From an uncultured Clostridia bacterium (lineage in GTDB: Bacteria > Bacillota > Clostridia > Oscillospirales > Acutalibacteraceae), in assembly GCA_945980035.1 (NCBI GenBank), contig CAMFQG010000001.1, forward strand, positions 1-48,636: a stretch of 48,636 bases of DNA, read 5' to 3'. The notes beneath the pieces were generated by a model that saw only the letters and a program-made list of their open reading frames with translations, made no database searches and had not been told where the DNA came from. Shown in pieces: positions 28,217 to 38,971 of the stretch. Position 1 is the stretch's first letter; every line of letters starts with the position of its first letter. The translations under genes were made by a program, and so were the position numbers.

Positions 28217-30118
28217 TTAGATATTTTTTGCCTTTTCAAGAATTGATAGATTTTCTAAAACCTTGATAGTGTTCTTATAACCGTCGTTAACATATATCCA
28301 CAAGTCGTAGTTATCATATCTATGCTTGGCATTTCCGTAGTACAAGTCAACCAAAGCCACATCATCATCGTCATAAGAATCCAATAAGTAATCTCTATCC
28401 TCATCGGCAATAACATCTTTTTTTAATGCCTGAATTAATTGTGCTATTTGTTCTTTATCCTTAATTACCGGCTGAACTTCAAAGTCGTCGTCAGTCATGG
28501 CGGTAATCTCTGCAACCTTACAGTAGTTTTCATCAAGAATAAACAACGCCTCTGTTATGCTCCTAAACTCCATGGAATTAATCAAATCATCATAAGCGTC
28601 AATTTTACGTACTGCAACGCCGTTCTTGCCAATCTTTTCTGTTGTATAAACTCTGTTTACCTTTGTGCCGTTATTCAGAGTATATGTAATTCTGAGAAGG
28701 CTGCCATCGTAGTGATACCCACTGTATTCAAAATAAATTGCTTCTGACACGTTGTTGGTAAGGGTATTAACGATATTTACCCCTGATAACTGGAACATTG
28801 TCAAAGGCTTTTTGCTGTATTCATCACAAATCGCCTTGTGTGCGTTTACTGTTTTTTCAATAAGTTTTTTATCCTCAGAGTAGTTATTTTTGATTATGTT
28901 TTCACCGTTGACCATATATGCTGCGCCGTCTGTAAATGTAACAGACTTAACATCCTCTGCCTTTGGCACGTAACTTTCGTAACCCAAAAAGCCTGTAGCC
29001 AAAACTAAAAATACTACAGCAAATGTACCAATCATTGCTCCGTAGGAGATAAGTCCCTTCAAGTAACCCTTGAATCCGTGATTAAGTACGATTTGCAAAA
29101 TTGTATGAGTAACTATTGAGCCTAAAATCATACCCAGCCAGAAAGCACCGTAGCAACCGAATCTGTCTGCATTCCAGCCTAATATCAACAGGAACAGATA
29201 GCCGATAGTAATACCTACTGCAAAGCTTACGATAATTTTTACAAGCTCAAATGGCAGTCTGTATGCAAAGTGAGATTGTGCAGCTTCTGACTTTCTGTTC
29301 TTTACCAAGAAGAATGAAAGCACAAGGCACACGCCGATAAACAACAGCCAATACCAGATAGGTCCTGACTCTGTTGCAGATACAGGTGTTAAAGCAACAA
29401 TCAGGTCAATGTTGATGTTTGCAACATAGCCGTTAATCAGGCTCATAGGCAAGAACTGTAATAACGCCATAGCCACAGGGAAAGCGCCCATAATTACTAT
29501 TGTAGAAATAATAGCGTCGGACTTTTTACCGCAACAAATGGATAACAGACCGAAAAAGCTTACACAGGCAACAATGGCAATTAATGTTCTGAATGTACTT
29601 TCAAAAGTATTACCGTAATAAATACCTATTTGGGATAAGGCTGCCAAACCCTCATTTATTTCTTCACTCTTTGGTACAAATATATTTAAAATCAGGTTGA
29701 TAAACAGCATCGGTACTGCGGGGATAATAATTGATGACGCCCATTTTGAGAAGAACAATGTTCTTCTTGACACAGGCATTGCGCCGAACATATCTGTCAT
29801 TCTCTTATTGTGGAGATACCCGAATCCCATTATTGCAAGTACAAATGAAAAAATTACTGCAAGTCCGGAAACCTCACTCATATATAATATTGAGGCTACC
29901 TCAGTAAACGCAGAAGACTCTTTAGCTATCTCACTTGCAGACATACCCGACACAGCGATTAAGCTGTTAACTCCTATGTTAAGGACTACAAAACAAATTC
30001 CGGAAAATGCCAAAAGCGACAGGTAAATTATCATCACAGCCTCACTTGACTTTAAGGTCCACTTAAGAATTGACCAAGCCTGTTTTAAACTGTTTTTATA
30101 AGATGTTGTTGATGTCAT
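28217..30118 (-). CDS. ABC exporter permease, multi-TM with a soluble C-terminal domain
   Basis: FGYLHNKRMTDMFGAMPVSRRTLF motif; about 10 TM segments; follows an ABC ATPase. Confidence 0.8.
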   Translation of the reverse strand: MTSTTSYKNSLKQAWSILKWTLKSSEAVMIIYLSLLAFSGICFVVLNIGVNSLIAVSGMSASEIAKESSAFTEVASILYMSEVSGLAVIFSFVLAIMGFGYLHNKRMTDMFGAMPVSRRTLFFSKWASSIIIPAVPMLFINLILNIFVPKSEEINEGLAALSQIGIYYGNTFESTFRTLIAIVACVSFFGLLSICCGKKSDAIISTIVIMGAFPVAMALLQFLPMSLINGYVANINIDLIVALTPVSATESGPIWYWLLFIGVCLVLSFFLVKNRKSEAAQSHFAYRLPFELVKIIVSFAVGITIGYLFLLILGWNADRFGCYGAFWLGMILGSIVTHTILQIVLNHGFKGYLKGLISYGAMIGTFAVVFLVLATGFLGYESYVPKAEDVKSVTFTDGAAYMVNGENIIKNNYSEDKKLIEKTVNAHKAICDEYSKKPLTMFQLSGVNIVNTLTNNVSEAIYFEYSGYHYDGSLLRITYTLNNGTKVNRVYTTEKIGKNGVAVRKIDAYDDLINSMEFRSITEALFILDENYCKVAEITAMTDDDFEVQPVIKDKEQIAQLIQALKKDVIADEDRDYLLDSYDDDDVALVDLYYGNAKHRYDNYDLWIYVNDGYKNTIKVLENLSILEKAKNI

Positions 30119-30992
30119 AGCCTGCTCCCTCCATTTCGTTAATAAATACTTCCTCCAATGTCAGCGGTAATGACTCTAAGAACACAGGGCCTAAAGCCTC
30201 TAACCTTGGCATAAACTCGCTTTCTTCACCTTTGATTGTCAGGTTGAACAAGTTGCCCTGACGTTTGATATTTGTAATATTAAAGCTGTCAAAAACACTC
30301 TGCTCCGTATTCTCCTTAAATGCAATCTGCACCTTATGAATACCGAGCCTCATATCGTCAAGCTCACGCTCCATAATAACTCCGCCCTTATGTAACAAAC
30401 CTATATGGTCGCACACGTCCTCAAGTTCACGGAGATTATGGGATGCAATCATTATCGTTGTGTTGTTGTCGGTTACCGCGGTAATCAACAACTTCTTAAC
30501 AAGTTGACGTACAACAGGGTCAAGTCCGTCAAAAATTTCATCAAGGAAAAGGTACTTTGGTTTTGTGGATAGTGCCAAAATCAAAGCCGCCTGACGTTGC
30601 ATACCCTTTGACATATTTATAATTCTCTGTTTTTTGTTAATGGGGAAGGTTGAGCAAAGCTGATTGTAGTAATCCTCGTCCCATGTTTCATATATTTTTC
30701 TGTAAATATATGCAGTATTTTCTACTGTAGAGTAGTTGAAAAAGTACGGGAAGTCGGAAATGAAAAAGCACTTATTCTTTGCGTTAATATTTTCAAAGGT
30801 GCTTTCGCCGTCAATCAGAATCTGACCTTCCTCTACATTATAAATTCCGTTTATTGCACGAAGCAGGGTTGATTTACCTGAACCGTTTGAACCCACAAGT
30901 CCAAACACAGTACCCTCTTGGACATTAAAGCTGAGATTGTTCAATGCCTTGACTTCGCCGAATATTTTAGTAACATTTTTTATTTCAAGCAT
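30096..30992 (-). CDS. ABC exporter ATP-binding protein (YtrB-like)
   Basis: GSNGSGKST, MSKGM, LDEIFDGLDP, SHNL motifs; AAGGAGG RBS before ATG 30992. Confidence 0.92.
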   Translation of the reverse strand: MLEIKNVTKIFGEVKALNNLSFNVQEGTVFGLVGSNGSGKSTLLRAINGIYNVEEGQILIDGESTFENINAKNKCFFISDFPYFFNYSTVENTAYIYRKIYETWDEDYYNQLCSTFPINKKQRIINMSKGMQRQAALILALSTKPKYLFLDEIFDGLDPVVRQLVKKLLITAVTDNNTTIMIASHNLRELEDVCDHIGLLHKGGVIMERELDDMRLGIHKVQIAFKENTEQSVFDSFNITNIKRQGNLFNLTIKGEESEFMPRLEALGPVFLESLPLTLEEVFINEMEGAGYDINNIL

Positions 30993-31027
30993 ATTGTCCT
31001 CCTTATAAAATTTGTTGCCCAAATTTT

Positions 31028-31393
31028 CTATGATTTAGGGAAATTTCTGTCTGTGATTTCCGTAATCTCCTCTTTTGTTACTCCATAGGAAATTGCAACC
31101 TTGATTTGATTTTCCAAATTGTTCAGCACAATATTCTTCTCAGCGTCCTTTGCAGTTAAATCCTCAGAAACAAAACTGCCTCTGCCGACTGCCGAACAGA
31201 TATATCCGTCACTTTCAAGCTCCCTGTAGGCTTTTGCAACAGTATTTGGATTTACGGAAAGCTGTGTTGCCAGGGTACGCACCGGCGGAAGCTTTTCACC
31301 GGGTTTCAGAACACCCATTGACACAAGCCGTACCACGTTGCTGTAAACCTGCTCATAGATTGGTTTTCTTGAGGAAAAATCCAACGTAAACAT
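31028..31393 (-). CDS. GntR family (YtrA subfamily) regulator
   Basis: KPIYEQV, PGEKLPPVRTLA..LSVNPNTVAKAY..LE, GRGSFV; only 121 aa. Confidence 0.92.
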   Translation of the reverse strand: MFTLDFSSRKPIYEQVYSNVVRLVSMGVLKPGEKLPPVRTLATQLSVNPNTVAKAYRELESDGYICSAVGRGSFVSEDLTAKDAEKNIVLNNLENQIKVAISYGVTKEEITEITDRNFPKS

Positions 31394-31439
31394 CTTTCAT
31401 CCTTTCCGATACATAAAATGTATCTAATAAAATCACATT

Positions 31440-31492
31440 TGTATTACTACAAATACTACAATCATAATACAACTAATACAATCTTTTGTCAA
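31440..31492 (-). promoter_or_regulatory. Promoter with a YtrA-type TGTA(T/G)TA operator array
   Basis: Minus strand TTGACA-N17-TATTAT, overlapped by TGTATTA...TA(C/A)TACA half-sites repeated four times. Confidence 0.6.
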
Positions 31493-31580
31493 TAGAATTT
31501 TTTGTTTTCGTCTTTCTGTAGCATATTTTACCGGTTTTTTGTAAATATTATACAAATATTTGCATTATTTCTCTATTCTA

Positions 31581-31609
31581 TTGACAAATTTGAAATAATT
31601 ATGTATTAT
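31581..31609 (+). promoter_or_regulatory. Promoter of the amino-acid ABC operon
   Basis: TTGACA-N17-TATTAT. Confidence 0.55.
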
Positions 31610-31686
31610 TACAATAGTGAGTATGGGACGTTGGTGTCTTATTTGACGCAACCCATACTTTGTTTATTTTTAAGGAGGTTAAAAAA

Positions 31687-32466
31687 ATGAAAAACATCAA
31701 AAGAGTATTAGCGTTATTTATGTGCCTTGCACTATGCGTAGGCGTGCTTGCTGCTTGTGGCTCCGGCGAAACCGAAACTTCTTCAACAGGCAAAAAGTAC
31801 ATCATTGCTACAGACACAGTATTCAAGCCTTTTGAATACACTGACGAAAACGGCGACTTTGTAGGTATTGACGTTGATATTATCAATGCTATCGCTGAGG
31901 ATCAGGGCTTTGAAATCGAGCTTAACAGCTTAGGCTGGGACGCTGCTGTTGCCGCTGTTCAGGCAGGACAGGCTGACGGTCTTATTGCAGGCGCAACAAT
32001 CAAGCAGGAAAGAATCGACTCAGGCTGGATTTTCTCTGACGGTTACTACAACGCTACTCAGACATTCGTTGTTAAAAAGGGCAGCGACATCAAGAGCTTT
32101 GATGATTTAAAGGGCAAGTCAATCGCAGTTAAGAACGGTACTGCAGGCGCTGACTTTGCTGAAGAGCTAAAGGACGAATACGATTTAAAAATTACAAGAT
32201 TTAAGGATTCTCCAACAATGTATCAGGACGTTATCCTCGGCAACAGCGACGCTTGTGTTGAGGACACACCTATTATGCAGGCTTCTATCAAAGAGGGCGA
32301 CTTAGACCTTGAGATTCCTGAGGGTATGGCTAACGAAGGTTCTCCTTACGGCTTTGCTATTATGGACGAGGCTAATCAGGAGCTTCTCGATATGTTTAAC
32401 GCAGGTCTTAAGAACATCCAAGACAACGGTAAATACGACGAAATTTTAGAGAAATACTTAGGTTAA
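31687..32466 (+). CDS. Polar amino acid ABC transporter substrate-binding lipoprotein (GlnH-like)
   Basis: Lipobox LAAC; FKPFEY, GIDVDI motifs; AAGGAGGT RBS. Confidence 0.92.
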   Translation: MKNIKRVLALFMCLALCVGVLAACGSGETETSSTGKKYIIATDTVFKPFEYTDENGDFVGIDVDIINAIAEDQGFEIELNSLGWDAAVAAVQAGQADGLIAGATIKQERIDSGWIFSDGYYNATQTFVVKKGSDIKSFDDLKGKSIAVKNGTAGADFAEELKDEYDLKITRFKDSPTMYQDVILGNSDACVEDTPIMQASIKEGDLDLEIPEGMANEGSPYGFAIMDEANQELLDMFNAGLKNIQDNGKYDEILEKYLG

Positions 32467-32493
32467 TTTCTAAAACATAATCTTATACCAACC

Positions 32494-32524
32494 TATGCAA
32501 GCAAGGCTTATCCTTGCTTGCATA
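32494..32524 (+). other. Intercistronic hairpin after the substrate-binding protein gene (likely mRNA stabiliser or partial terminator)
   Basis: TATGCAAGCAAGG-cttat-CCTTGCTTGCATA, 13-bp stem. Confidence 0.6.
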
Positions 32525-32566
32525 TTCTTGCATATTATCTTATATTAATTGAAAGGGGAAAAACGG

Positions 32567-33349
32567 ATGACAGAAAATGTTTTGAATCTCCTTGCTGCCG
32601 ATGGTGAAGCTGTCGGCGGTATTCAAGGCTTTTTTGTAGGCATCGGAAACGCAATAGCCGACTCGGGTTCTACTATTCTCAGAATCCTCAGCTCCTACGG
32701 GCCATTGTTGATAAAGGCTTTGGGACAAACTCTGTTGCTTACACTTCTATCTCTTGTATTCGCTATGATTATCGGTCTGATTTTTGCTTTGATGAATGTA
32801 GGCAAAAATCGTTTCTTTAATTTAATCGGCACAATTTACGTTGACGCAGTGCGTGGCGTTCCGCTTATCGTACTTGCATTTTTCATTTACTTCGGTATTC
32901 CTGTTTGTATTCAGGCAATGGGTGTTCCGGGATTTAAGCTGACCGCCTTGCAGGCAGGTACAATAGCACTTGCCATGAACTGCGGTGCTTATATGGCTGA
33001 AATTTTCAGAGCCGGTATCGAAAGTGTTGACAAAGGACAGATGGAGGCAAGCCGCAGCTTAGGTCTTTCCTACAGCAAAAGTATGCGACTTGTATTGTTG
33101 CCTCAGGCTATCAGAACAATGATTCCATCAATTATTAACCAGTTTATCATCACACTGAAGGATACATCTATTCTTTCGGTTATCGGCTTCCCTGAGCTTA
33201 CAAATATGGGTAGCACTATCGCAGGTAATACACTGAAAAGTCTTGAAACCTGGGCAATCATCGGCGTTATGTATATGATTGTTATCATAACATTGAGCAG
33301 AGTTGCAAAATGGTTAGAACGGAGGATTAGCATTGAAGACAAACGATAA
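32567..33349 (+). CDS. Polar amino acid ABC permease
   Basis: [38 protein letters not shown] motifs. Confidence 0.93.
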   Translation: MTENVLNLLAADGEAVGGIQGFFVGIGNAIADSGSTILRILSSYGPLLIKALGQTLLLTLLSLVFAMIIGLIFALMNVGKNRFFNLIGTIYVDAVRGVPLIVLAFFIYFGIPVCIQAMGVPGFKLTALQAGTIALAMNCGAYMAEIFRAGIESVDKGQMEASRSLGLSYSKSMRLVLLPQAIRTMIPSIINQFIITLKDTSILSVIGFPELTNMGSTIAGNTLKSLETWAIIGVMYMIVIITLSRVAKWLERRISIEDKR

Positions 33350-34076
33350 TGTAATGATTCACGTTAAAAACCTTAAAAAGAGTTTTGGAAAATTAGAGGT
33401 ACTGAAGGACATCAGCGTTGACATCAAAGAGGGCGAGGTTGTTGTACTTTTAGGCCCATCAGGCAGCGGTAAATCCACATTCTTACGTTGCTTAAATCAG
33501 CTTGAGGTTGCAACCGACGGACTGATTGTAGTTGACGGTCAGGAGATTACCGACAAGCACACCGATATTAACAAAGCAAGAGAAAATATCGGTATGGTAT
33601 TCCAGCACTTTAATTTATTCAATCACAAAACAGTACTACAGAATATAATGTTAGCACCTGTTGAATTAAAGCTGATGACCAAGGATAAAGCAAAGGAAAA
33701 GGGTATGCAGCTTTTGGAGCGTGTCGGAATGGTTGACAAGGCTGACGCATATCCTGTTCAGCTTTCAGGCGGACAGAAACAGCGTGTGGCTATTGCGAGA
33801 GCTCTTGCAATGGAGCCTGACGTAATGCTCTTTGACGAACCTACATCTGCCCTTGACCCTGAAATGGTAGGCGAAGTTCTTGCAGTTATGAAGGAGCTTG
33901 CCAAGGGCGGTATGACAATGGTTGTTGTTACTCACGAAATCGGCTTTGCACGTGAGGTTGCCGACAGAATCATCTTTATGGACGGCGGATATATTGTAGA
34001 ACAGGGTACTCCCGATGAGGTTATTAACAATCCAAAGGAACCACGTACAATAGACTTCTTAAACAAGGTGCTTTAA
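33333..34076 (+). CDS. Polar amino acid ABC ATPase (GlnQ-like)
   Basis: [35 protein letters not shown] motifs. Confidence 0.94.
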   Translation: MKTNDNVMIHVKNLKKSFGKLEVLKDISVDIKEGEVVVLLGPSGSGKSTFLRCLNQLEVATDGLIVVDGQEITDKHTDINKARENIGMVFQHFNLFNHKTVLQNIMLAPVELKLMTKDKAKEKGMQLLERVGMVDKADAYPVQLSGGQKQRVAIARALAMEPDVMLFDEPTSALDPEMVGEVLAVMKELAKGGMTMVVVTHEIGFAREVADRIIFMDGGYIVEQGTPDEVINNPKEPRTIDFLNKVL

Positions 34077-34088
34077 TAGGAGTATAAG

Positions 34089-34673
34089 ATGAAAAAAATA
34101 ATAACTATAAGCCGAGAATTTGGCGCAGGCGGCGGAGAAATCGGCAGAGCTGTTGCACAAAAGCTTGGTTTTGATTATTTTGATAAGGCTATTATTTTAA
34201 AGGCTTGCGAGGAAGCAGGGCTTGACCTTGCCAGCATCGTACGTTATGACGAAAAGGTTGCTATGGATTTTGGCTTTGCACAAAGTCTGTTTGGCTTTTA
34301 CAACAGACCTGTCAGCGACAAGCTGTTTGAGGCTCAGCATAATGTAATCCACAAGCTTGCGGAACACGGAAATTGCGTTATTGTAGGCAGAAACGCCAAC
34401 ACTATTTTAAAGGAATTCAGCGACTGCCTTCACGTATTTGTTCATGCAAATCCTTACTGGAGATTACAGCGTATGCACGAAAAAATGCCTGATACCTCAA
34501 TCTCTAAAATCAGTGACCAGATGCGTCATATTGACAAATCACGAAAAAAGTATTGCGCACGTTATACCAACACGGAATTTGGTGTTGCGGAGTATTACGA
34601 CCTTTGTCTAAACTCCTCTTCCCTGGGTATTCAATGCTGTGTGGATACTATTTGTAATATTGCAAAAAGCTAA
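34089..34673 (+). CDS. Cytidylate kinase-like family protein
   Basis: IITISREFGAGG, CVIVGR, YDLCLNS motifs. Confidence 0.88.
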   Translation: MKKIITISREFGAGGGEIGRAVAQKLGFDYFDKAIILKACEEAGLDLASIVRYDEKVAMDFGFAQSLFGFYNRPVSDKLFEAQHNVIHKLAEHGNCVIVGRNANTILKEFSDCLHVFVHANPYWRLQRMHEKMPDTSISKISDQMRHIDKSRKKYCARYTNTEFGVAEYYDLCLNSSSLGIQCCVDTICNIAKS

Positions 34674-34680
34674 CCTAATG

Positions 34681-34710
34681 AAAAAGGAGTTGGTGTTCCA
34701 ACTCCTTTTT
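34681..34710 (+). terminator. Intrinsic terminator
   Basis: AAAAAGGAGTTGG-tgtt-CCAACTCCTTTTT. Confidence 0.8.
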
Positions 34711-34849
34711 ACTACCTTAGTTTTACTGAATTTTTTGTAAAATATTGATTTTTACCGCTATTTGTGGTAAAATCGAAAGACTATAACAGAATATTTATAT
34801 TCAAAATTTCTATGCTTATACTTTAGGCGTAGGGATAGGAGATGATTTT

Positions 34850-36928
34850 ATGACAATGGAGCTTATTGCCTTTATAGGCGCCGGTGTTATCGCCGTACTC
34901 TTTGCTCTGTACTTTGCGTTGTTCATCAAAAGACAGGACAAAGGTACCGACAGAATGAAGGAAATTTCAGGAGCTATCGCTTCAGGTGCCCGTGCCTTTC
35001 TGTTTTCAGAGTACAAAATCCTGATTGTATTTGCAGTGCTTCTGTTTGTTGCAATCGGTTTTGTTATTAACTGGCTCACAGCAGTATGTTTCATCATAGG
35101 TGCACTGTTCTCAACACTTGCAGGCTACTTCGGTATGACCGTTGCTACTATGGCAAATGTCCGCACTGCGAACGCCGCTAAGGAACACGGTATGCACAAA
35201 GCATTGAAGATTGCTTTCCGTGGCGGTGCTGTAATGGGACTTTCCGTTGTAGGCTTGGGAGTTATCGGCTTGGGCTTGATATTTGTATTCCTCGTTTCAC
35301 AGTTTAACCTTGCCAAAAACGCAGAAATGCTTAACATTTTCACAGGCTTTAGCCTTGGTGCTTCATCAATCGCACTGTTTGCTCGTGTAGGCGGCGGTAT
35401 CTACACAAAGGCCGCTGACGTTGGTGCTGACCTTGTAGGTAAGGTTGAGGCAGGTATCCCTGAGGATGACCCTCGTAACCCTGCTACAATCGCTGATAAC
35501 GTAGGCGACAATGTAGGCGACGTTGCCGGTATGGGTGCTGACCTGTTTGAAAGCTATGTAGGTTCAATCGTATCTGCTATCACTTTGGCTTTTGCCGCAG
35601 TACAGGGAGCTGAGGCTATTGAGTATGCACTCTTCCCTATGTTGCTTTGTGCAGTAGGTATTATCGGTTCGGTTATTTCCGTATTCTTTGTTCGCGGTAA
35701 GGAAAACTCAGACCCTCAGCGCTCACTGAATATCGGTGAATACGTTGCAACTGCTATCGTAATTATTGGTGGTGGACTTATAAGCTACTTTATGCTGAAC
35801 AGCTTAATGCCGTTTTTCTGTGTACTTGCAGGTCTTGTGGTAGGTACAGCCATCGGTAAGCTGACAGAAATGTACACCTCAGAAAAATACAAGTCTGTTA
35901 AGGAAATTGCAGAAAGCTCAAAAACAGGCTCCGCTACAAACATTATTACAGGTATCAGCGTTGGTATGAAATCAACTGCTATCCCTATTATCTTCATCGT
36001 TATCGGTATTTTAGTTGCTTATGCCTGTGGCAGCTCCATGGGCGGCAACGGAATGGGACTTTACGGTATTGCTCTTGCGGCTGTTGGTATGCTTTCAACA
36101 ACAGGTATGACTGTTGCCGTTGACGCATACGGTCCTATTGCCGACAATGCAGGCGGTATTGCAGAAATGAGCGAGCTTGACCCTAAGGTCAGAAAAATCA
36201 CAGATAAGCTTGACAGCGTTGGTAACACAACTGCCGCTATCGGAAAAGGCTTCGCTATCGGCTCTGCCGCTTTGACAGCACTTGCTCTGTTCGCTTCCTT
36301 TGCAGCAACTACTAACATTGTTGACAGCGGTATGAGTATTCTTGATCCAAAGGTTGTTGTCGGTCTGTTTATCGGCGGTATGTTGCCGTTCTTGTTCTCT
36401 GCTTTCACAATGAGCAGTGTAGGCCGTGCGGCTAACAAAATGATTGCAGAGGTTCGCCGTCAGTTTAAAGAAAAGCCCGGCATTTTACAGGGTAAGGATA
36501 AGCCTGATTACTCACGTTGTGTTTCTATCTCAACTAAAGCCGCTTTATGGGAAATGATTATCCCCGGTGTTATGGCTGTAGTTGTTCCCATTATTGTAGG
36601 CTTTGTTCTTGGCGTAGAAAGCCTTGGCGGTTTGCTTGCAGGTGCACTTATTTCCGGCGTTATGCTTGCTATCTTTATGGCTAACAGCGGTGGTGCCTGG
36701 GACAACGCAAAGAAGTATATCGAAGGTCTGCCTGAGGAAGGCAAAGGCTCAGCAGCTCACAAGGCTTCCGTTGTAGGCGACACAGTAGGCGACCCGTTCA
36801 AGGATACATCAGGCCCTGCACTGAACATTTTAATTAAGCTGATGACTATTGTATCTCTTGTATTTGCAACAGCATTTTTAAGCGTTGCCCACGGACAGGG
36901 ACTTCTGTCACTGCTTAACATTATGTAA
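34850..36928 (+). CDS. hppA: Membrane ion-translocating pyrophosphatase, K+-dependent (probably Na+-pumping)
   Basis: [43 protein letters not shown] motifs; GNTTAAIG (Ala and Gly) is the K+-dependent signature. Confidence 0.95.
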   Translation: MTMELIAFIGAGVIAVLFALYFALFIKRQDKGTDRMKEISGAIASGARAFLFSEYKILIVFAVLLFVAIGFVINWLTAVCFIIGALFSTLAGYFGMTVATMANVRTANAAKEHGMHKALKIAFRGGAVMGLSVVGLGVIGLGLIFVFLVSQFNLAKNAEMLNIFTGFSLGASSIALFARVGGGIYTKAADVGADLVGKVEAGIPEDDPRNPATIADNVGDNVGDVAGMGADLFESYVGSIVSAITLAFAAVQGAEAIEYALFPMLLCAVGIIGSVISVFFVRGKENSDPQRSLNIGEYVATAIVIIGGGLISYFMLNSLMPFFCVLAGLVVGTAIGKLTEMYTSEKYKSVKEIAESSKTGSATNIITGISVGMKSTAIPIIFIVIGILVAYACGSSMGGNGMGLYGIALAAVGMLSTTGMTVAVDAYGPIADNAGGIAEMSELDPKVRKITDKLDSVGNTTAAIGKGFAIGSAALTALALFASFAATTNIVDSGMSILDPKVVVGLFIGGMLPFLFSAFTMSSVGRAANKMIAEVRRQFKEKPGILQGKDKPDYSRCVSISTKAALWEMIIPGVMAVVVPIIVGFVLGVESLGGLLAGALISGVMLAIFMANSGGAWDNAKKYIEGLPEEGKGSAAHKASVVGDTVGDPFKDTSGPALNILIKLMTIVSLVFATAFLSVAHGQGLLSLLNIM

Positions 36929-36943
36929 TAACATTATAAAGAG

Positions 36944-37050
36944 AAAGAGGAACACAAATTGCTGTGTTCCTCTTTTTTGAACCACGCGATAGTCGCGTGG
37001 TTTTCGTTATACAATAAGACGGAGCGATAACTTGCTCCGTCTTGTTTTTT
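36944..37050. terminator. Three consecutive terminator-like hairpins
   Basis: Stems at 36944-36975, 36980-37002 and 37016-37043, each followed by T runs. Confidence 0.8.
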
Positions 37051-37064
37051 GTGTATATTTTGTT

Positions 37065-37964
37065 TTATTTCCTCTTAACGGGAATCCAAATTGCGCTATG
37101 GTAATCAGGGTCGGTTTTCTCGCCGTTTACACAGTCGTACCATTCAACATTTGCATTACCGCTTATTTCGTAGTCCGGATTGCCCGGTAACCATTCCTTG
37201 AAAATTTGTGTATTCAGAGATTGAAGTGCCTCAGGAACCGGTCCCACGCAGTCAAATACTGCCCATTCACCGGCAGAAAATTCATACTGCATCATTCCCT
37301 CAGGAATTTCGCCGCCGGTATATTTACCTGCAATCAGATAAGTGAATTTACCCTCACCGGCAGCCTTGCCCTCATCAATACAAATCCCGTATTCGCCAAT
37401 ACAGTTATCTATCAGAGCTTTTTCGTATTCATTTGCCGGCTGATTTCCTGCATAAACATTTGCGGCATATTTCTCACAGATTTCATCCCAAAACTTTGGA
37501 ATCTCATCATAGGCGGTATCAAAGGAAAACTCCTTTGCAAATCCGATTACCTTTAGTCCAAACATTCGAGTTATTTTGTAGTTCATAATATTTCCTCCTT
37601 GAACCGTAATATTGATATTCAACGGAAGAAAGGTTTTAAAATATCCACCCTGCTTTACCTGAATAGGCGAGTTTCCGTGAAAGCGGACAAAAGCCTTTGT
37701 AAAGCTTTCCGGTGTATCGTAACCGTAATCAAAAGCAATATCTATGACTTTCCTGTTGCCGTTCTTTAACTCAAGAGCGGCAAGATACAGCTTACGGTTA
37801 CGGATATACTCCGATACGGAATAACCTGTCATTACCTGAAAACCTCTTTGAAAATACAGAGGGGACATATACACCTGTTCAGCCACATCCTGCGCACTGA
37901 TATGACTGTTTAAATGCTCCTCAATATAACCAATTGATTTTCTGATTGCCGTCAGCCATTCCAT
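37065..37964 (-). CDS. AraC family regulator with a C-terminal GyrI-like effector domain
   Basis: EYIRNRKL, IDIAFDYGYDTPESFTKAF.RFHG motifs; C-terminal IFKEWLP...IWIPV. Confidence 0.92.
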   Translation of the reverse strand: MEWLTAIRKSIGYIEEHLNSHISAQDVAEQVYMSPLYFQRGFQVMTGYSVSEYIRNRKLYLAALELKNGNRKVIDIAFDYGYDTPESFTKAFVRFHGNSPIQVKQGGYFKTFLPLNINITVQGGNIMNYKITRMFGLKVIGFAKEFSFDTAYDEIPKFWDEICEKYAANVYAGNQPANEYEKALIDNCIGEYGICIDEGKAAGEGKFTYLIAGKYTGGEIPEGMMQYEFSAGEWAVFDCVGPVPEALQSLNTQIFKEWLPGNPDYEISGNANVEWYDCVNGEKTDPDYHSAIWIPVKRK

Positions 37965-38074
37965 AAATTTTCACACCTTTCCTCTGTTTGACATCATTAT
38001 ACAGTCCGGGAAAAATTTTATCTTGTCATTTTTGAATCAGTTTTGTCAGCCTTAAAGCTTCAAAATGCAAACAG

Positions 38075-38971
38075 TTATCTTTTCTTTTTTAGTATATTCA
38101 TCAAAACGAAAATACCTGTAAACAGCAGAACCGAGCCAATAAGCACCCCCGCCATCATCTCCACAGGAACTTCATTTCCGTTGAAGTATAGATTACAGTC
38201 AATGCTGTCGCGGATTCCTGTCATTACGTCATCAGGGAAGCCGTATGCTTTCATTTCCTCAAAAACTCCACGCATCATATGATTTCTCAACAAGCTTGTT
38301 CCGTATGTACCCGGAAGAAACATCAATACATTTTGCAGCTCTTGAGAGAAGTTTGAAATAGGCATATAAGCACCGCAGAGAAAACCGTAACCGGCGCTGA
38401 TGATTGTACCTACAGCGGACGCCTGACCGTTTGTACTCAAAAAGAAATTAATGCAGGAGGAAAGGGCTGTGCCGAAAAGAGTCAGCAAAAGCACATCTAA
38501 GATAACCCACAAAACATCCGTAAAGGATAAGTACCAGCCTTGTATAATCGCAACATAACCTAAACTCACCCCAAGAGCAGTAAAGGTTATAATCAGCGTA
38601 CTGACAGCTGAGGCAACAAAATAACTAACCGCAAGGGTAGAATGTTTAACAGGTGAAACGGTAAAATCATTTATGCTCTTATTAGCCTTGTCCCAAATCA
38701 TAATCAGATTGGCACAAAAGGAAACCGTAACACAGCAAACAGCCAACAAAGAGGAAGTCAGCTGACACACAACCGTACCGTTTAAAAGCTCATCGGGAAT
38801 AACTACTCCATCGGGCAGTGCAGAAGCAAAGCTGTCCCTGTATATATTTGCAAGAAAAGTCGCATACAAAACAAGCAATATAATTGGGGTGATTAACGTG
38901 GAGAAAAACAGTCCCTTATCCTTGAAAAACAGACGAAGATTACGTCTTGTCATATTAAAGAAGCCTATCAT
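38075..38971 (-). CDS. ABC-2 type exporter permease
   Basis: RNLRLFFKDK, DFTVSPV, GFLCGAYMP motifs; six TM segments. Confidence 0.87.
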   Translation of the reverse strand: MIGFFNMTRRNLRLFFKDKGLFFSTLITPIILLVLYATFLANIYRDSFASALPDGVVIPDELLNGTVVCQLTSSLLAVCCVTVSFCANLIMIWDKANKSINDFTVSPVKHSTLAVSYFVASAVSTLIITFTALGVSLGYVAIIQGWYLSFTDVLWVILDVLLLTLFGTALSSCINFFLSTNGQASAVGTIISAGYGFLCGAYMPISNFSQELQNVLMFLPGTYGTSLLRNHMMRGVFEEMKAYGFPDDVMTGIRDSIDCNLYFNGNEVPVEMMAGVLIGSVLLFTGIFVLMNILKKKR

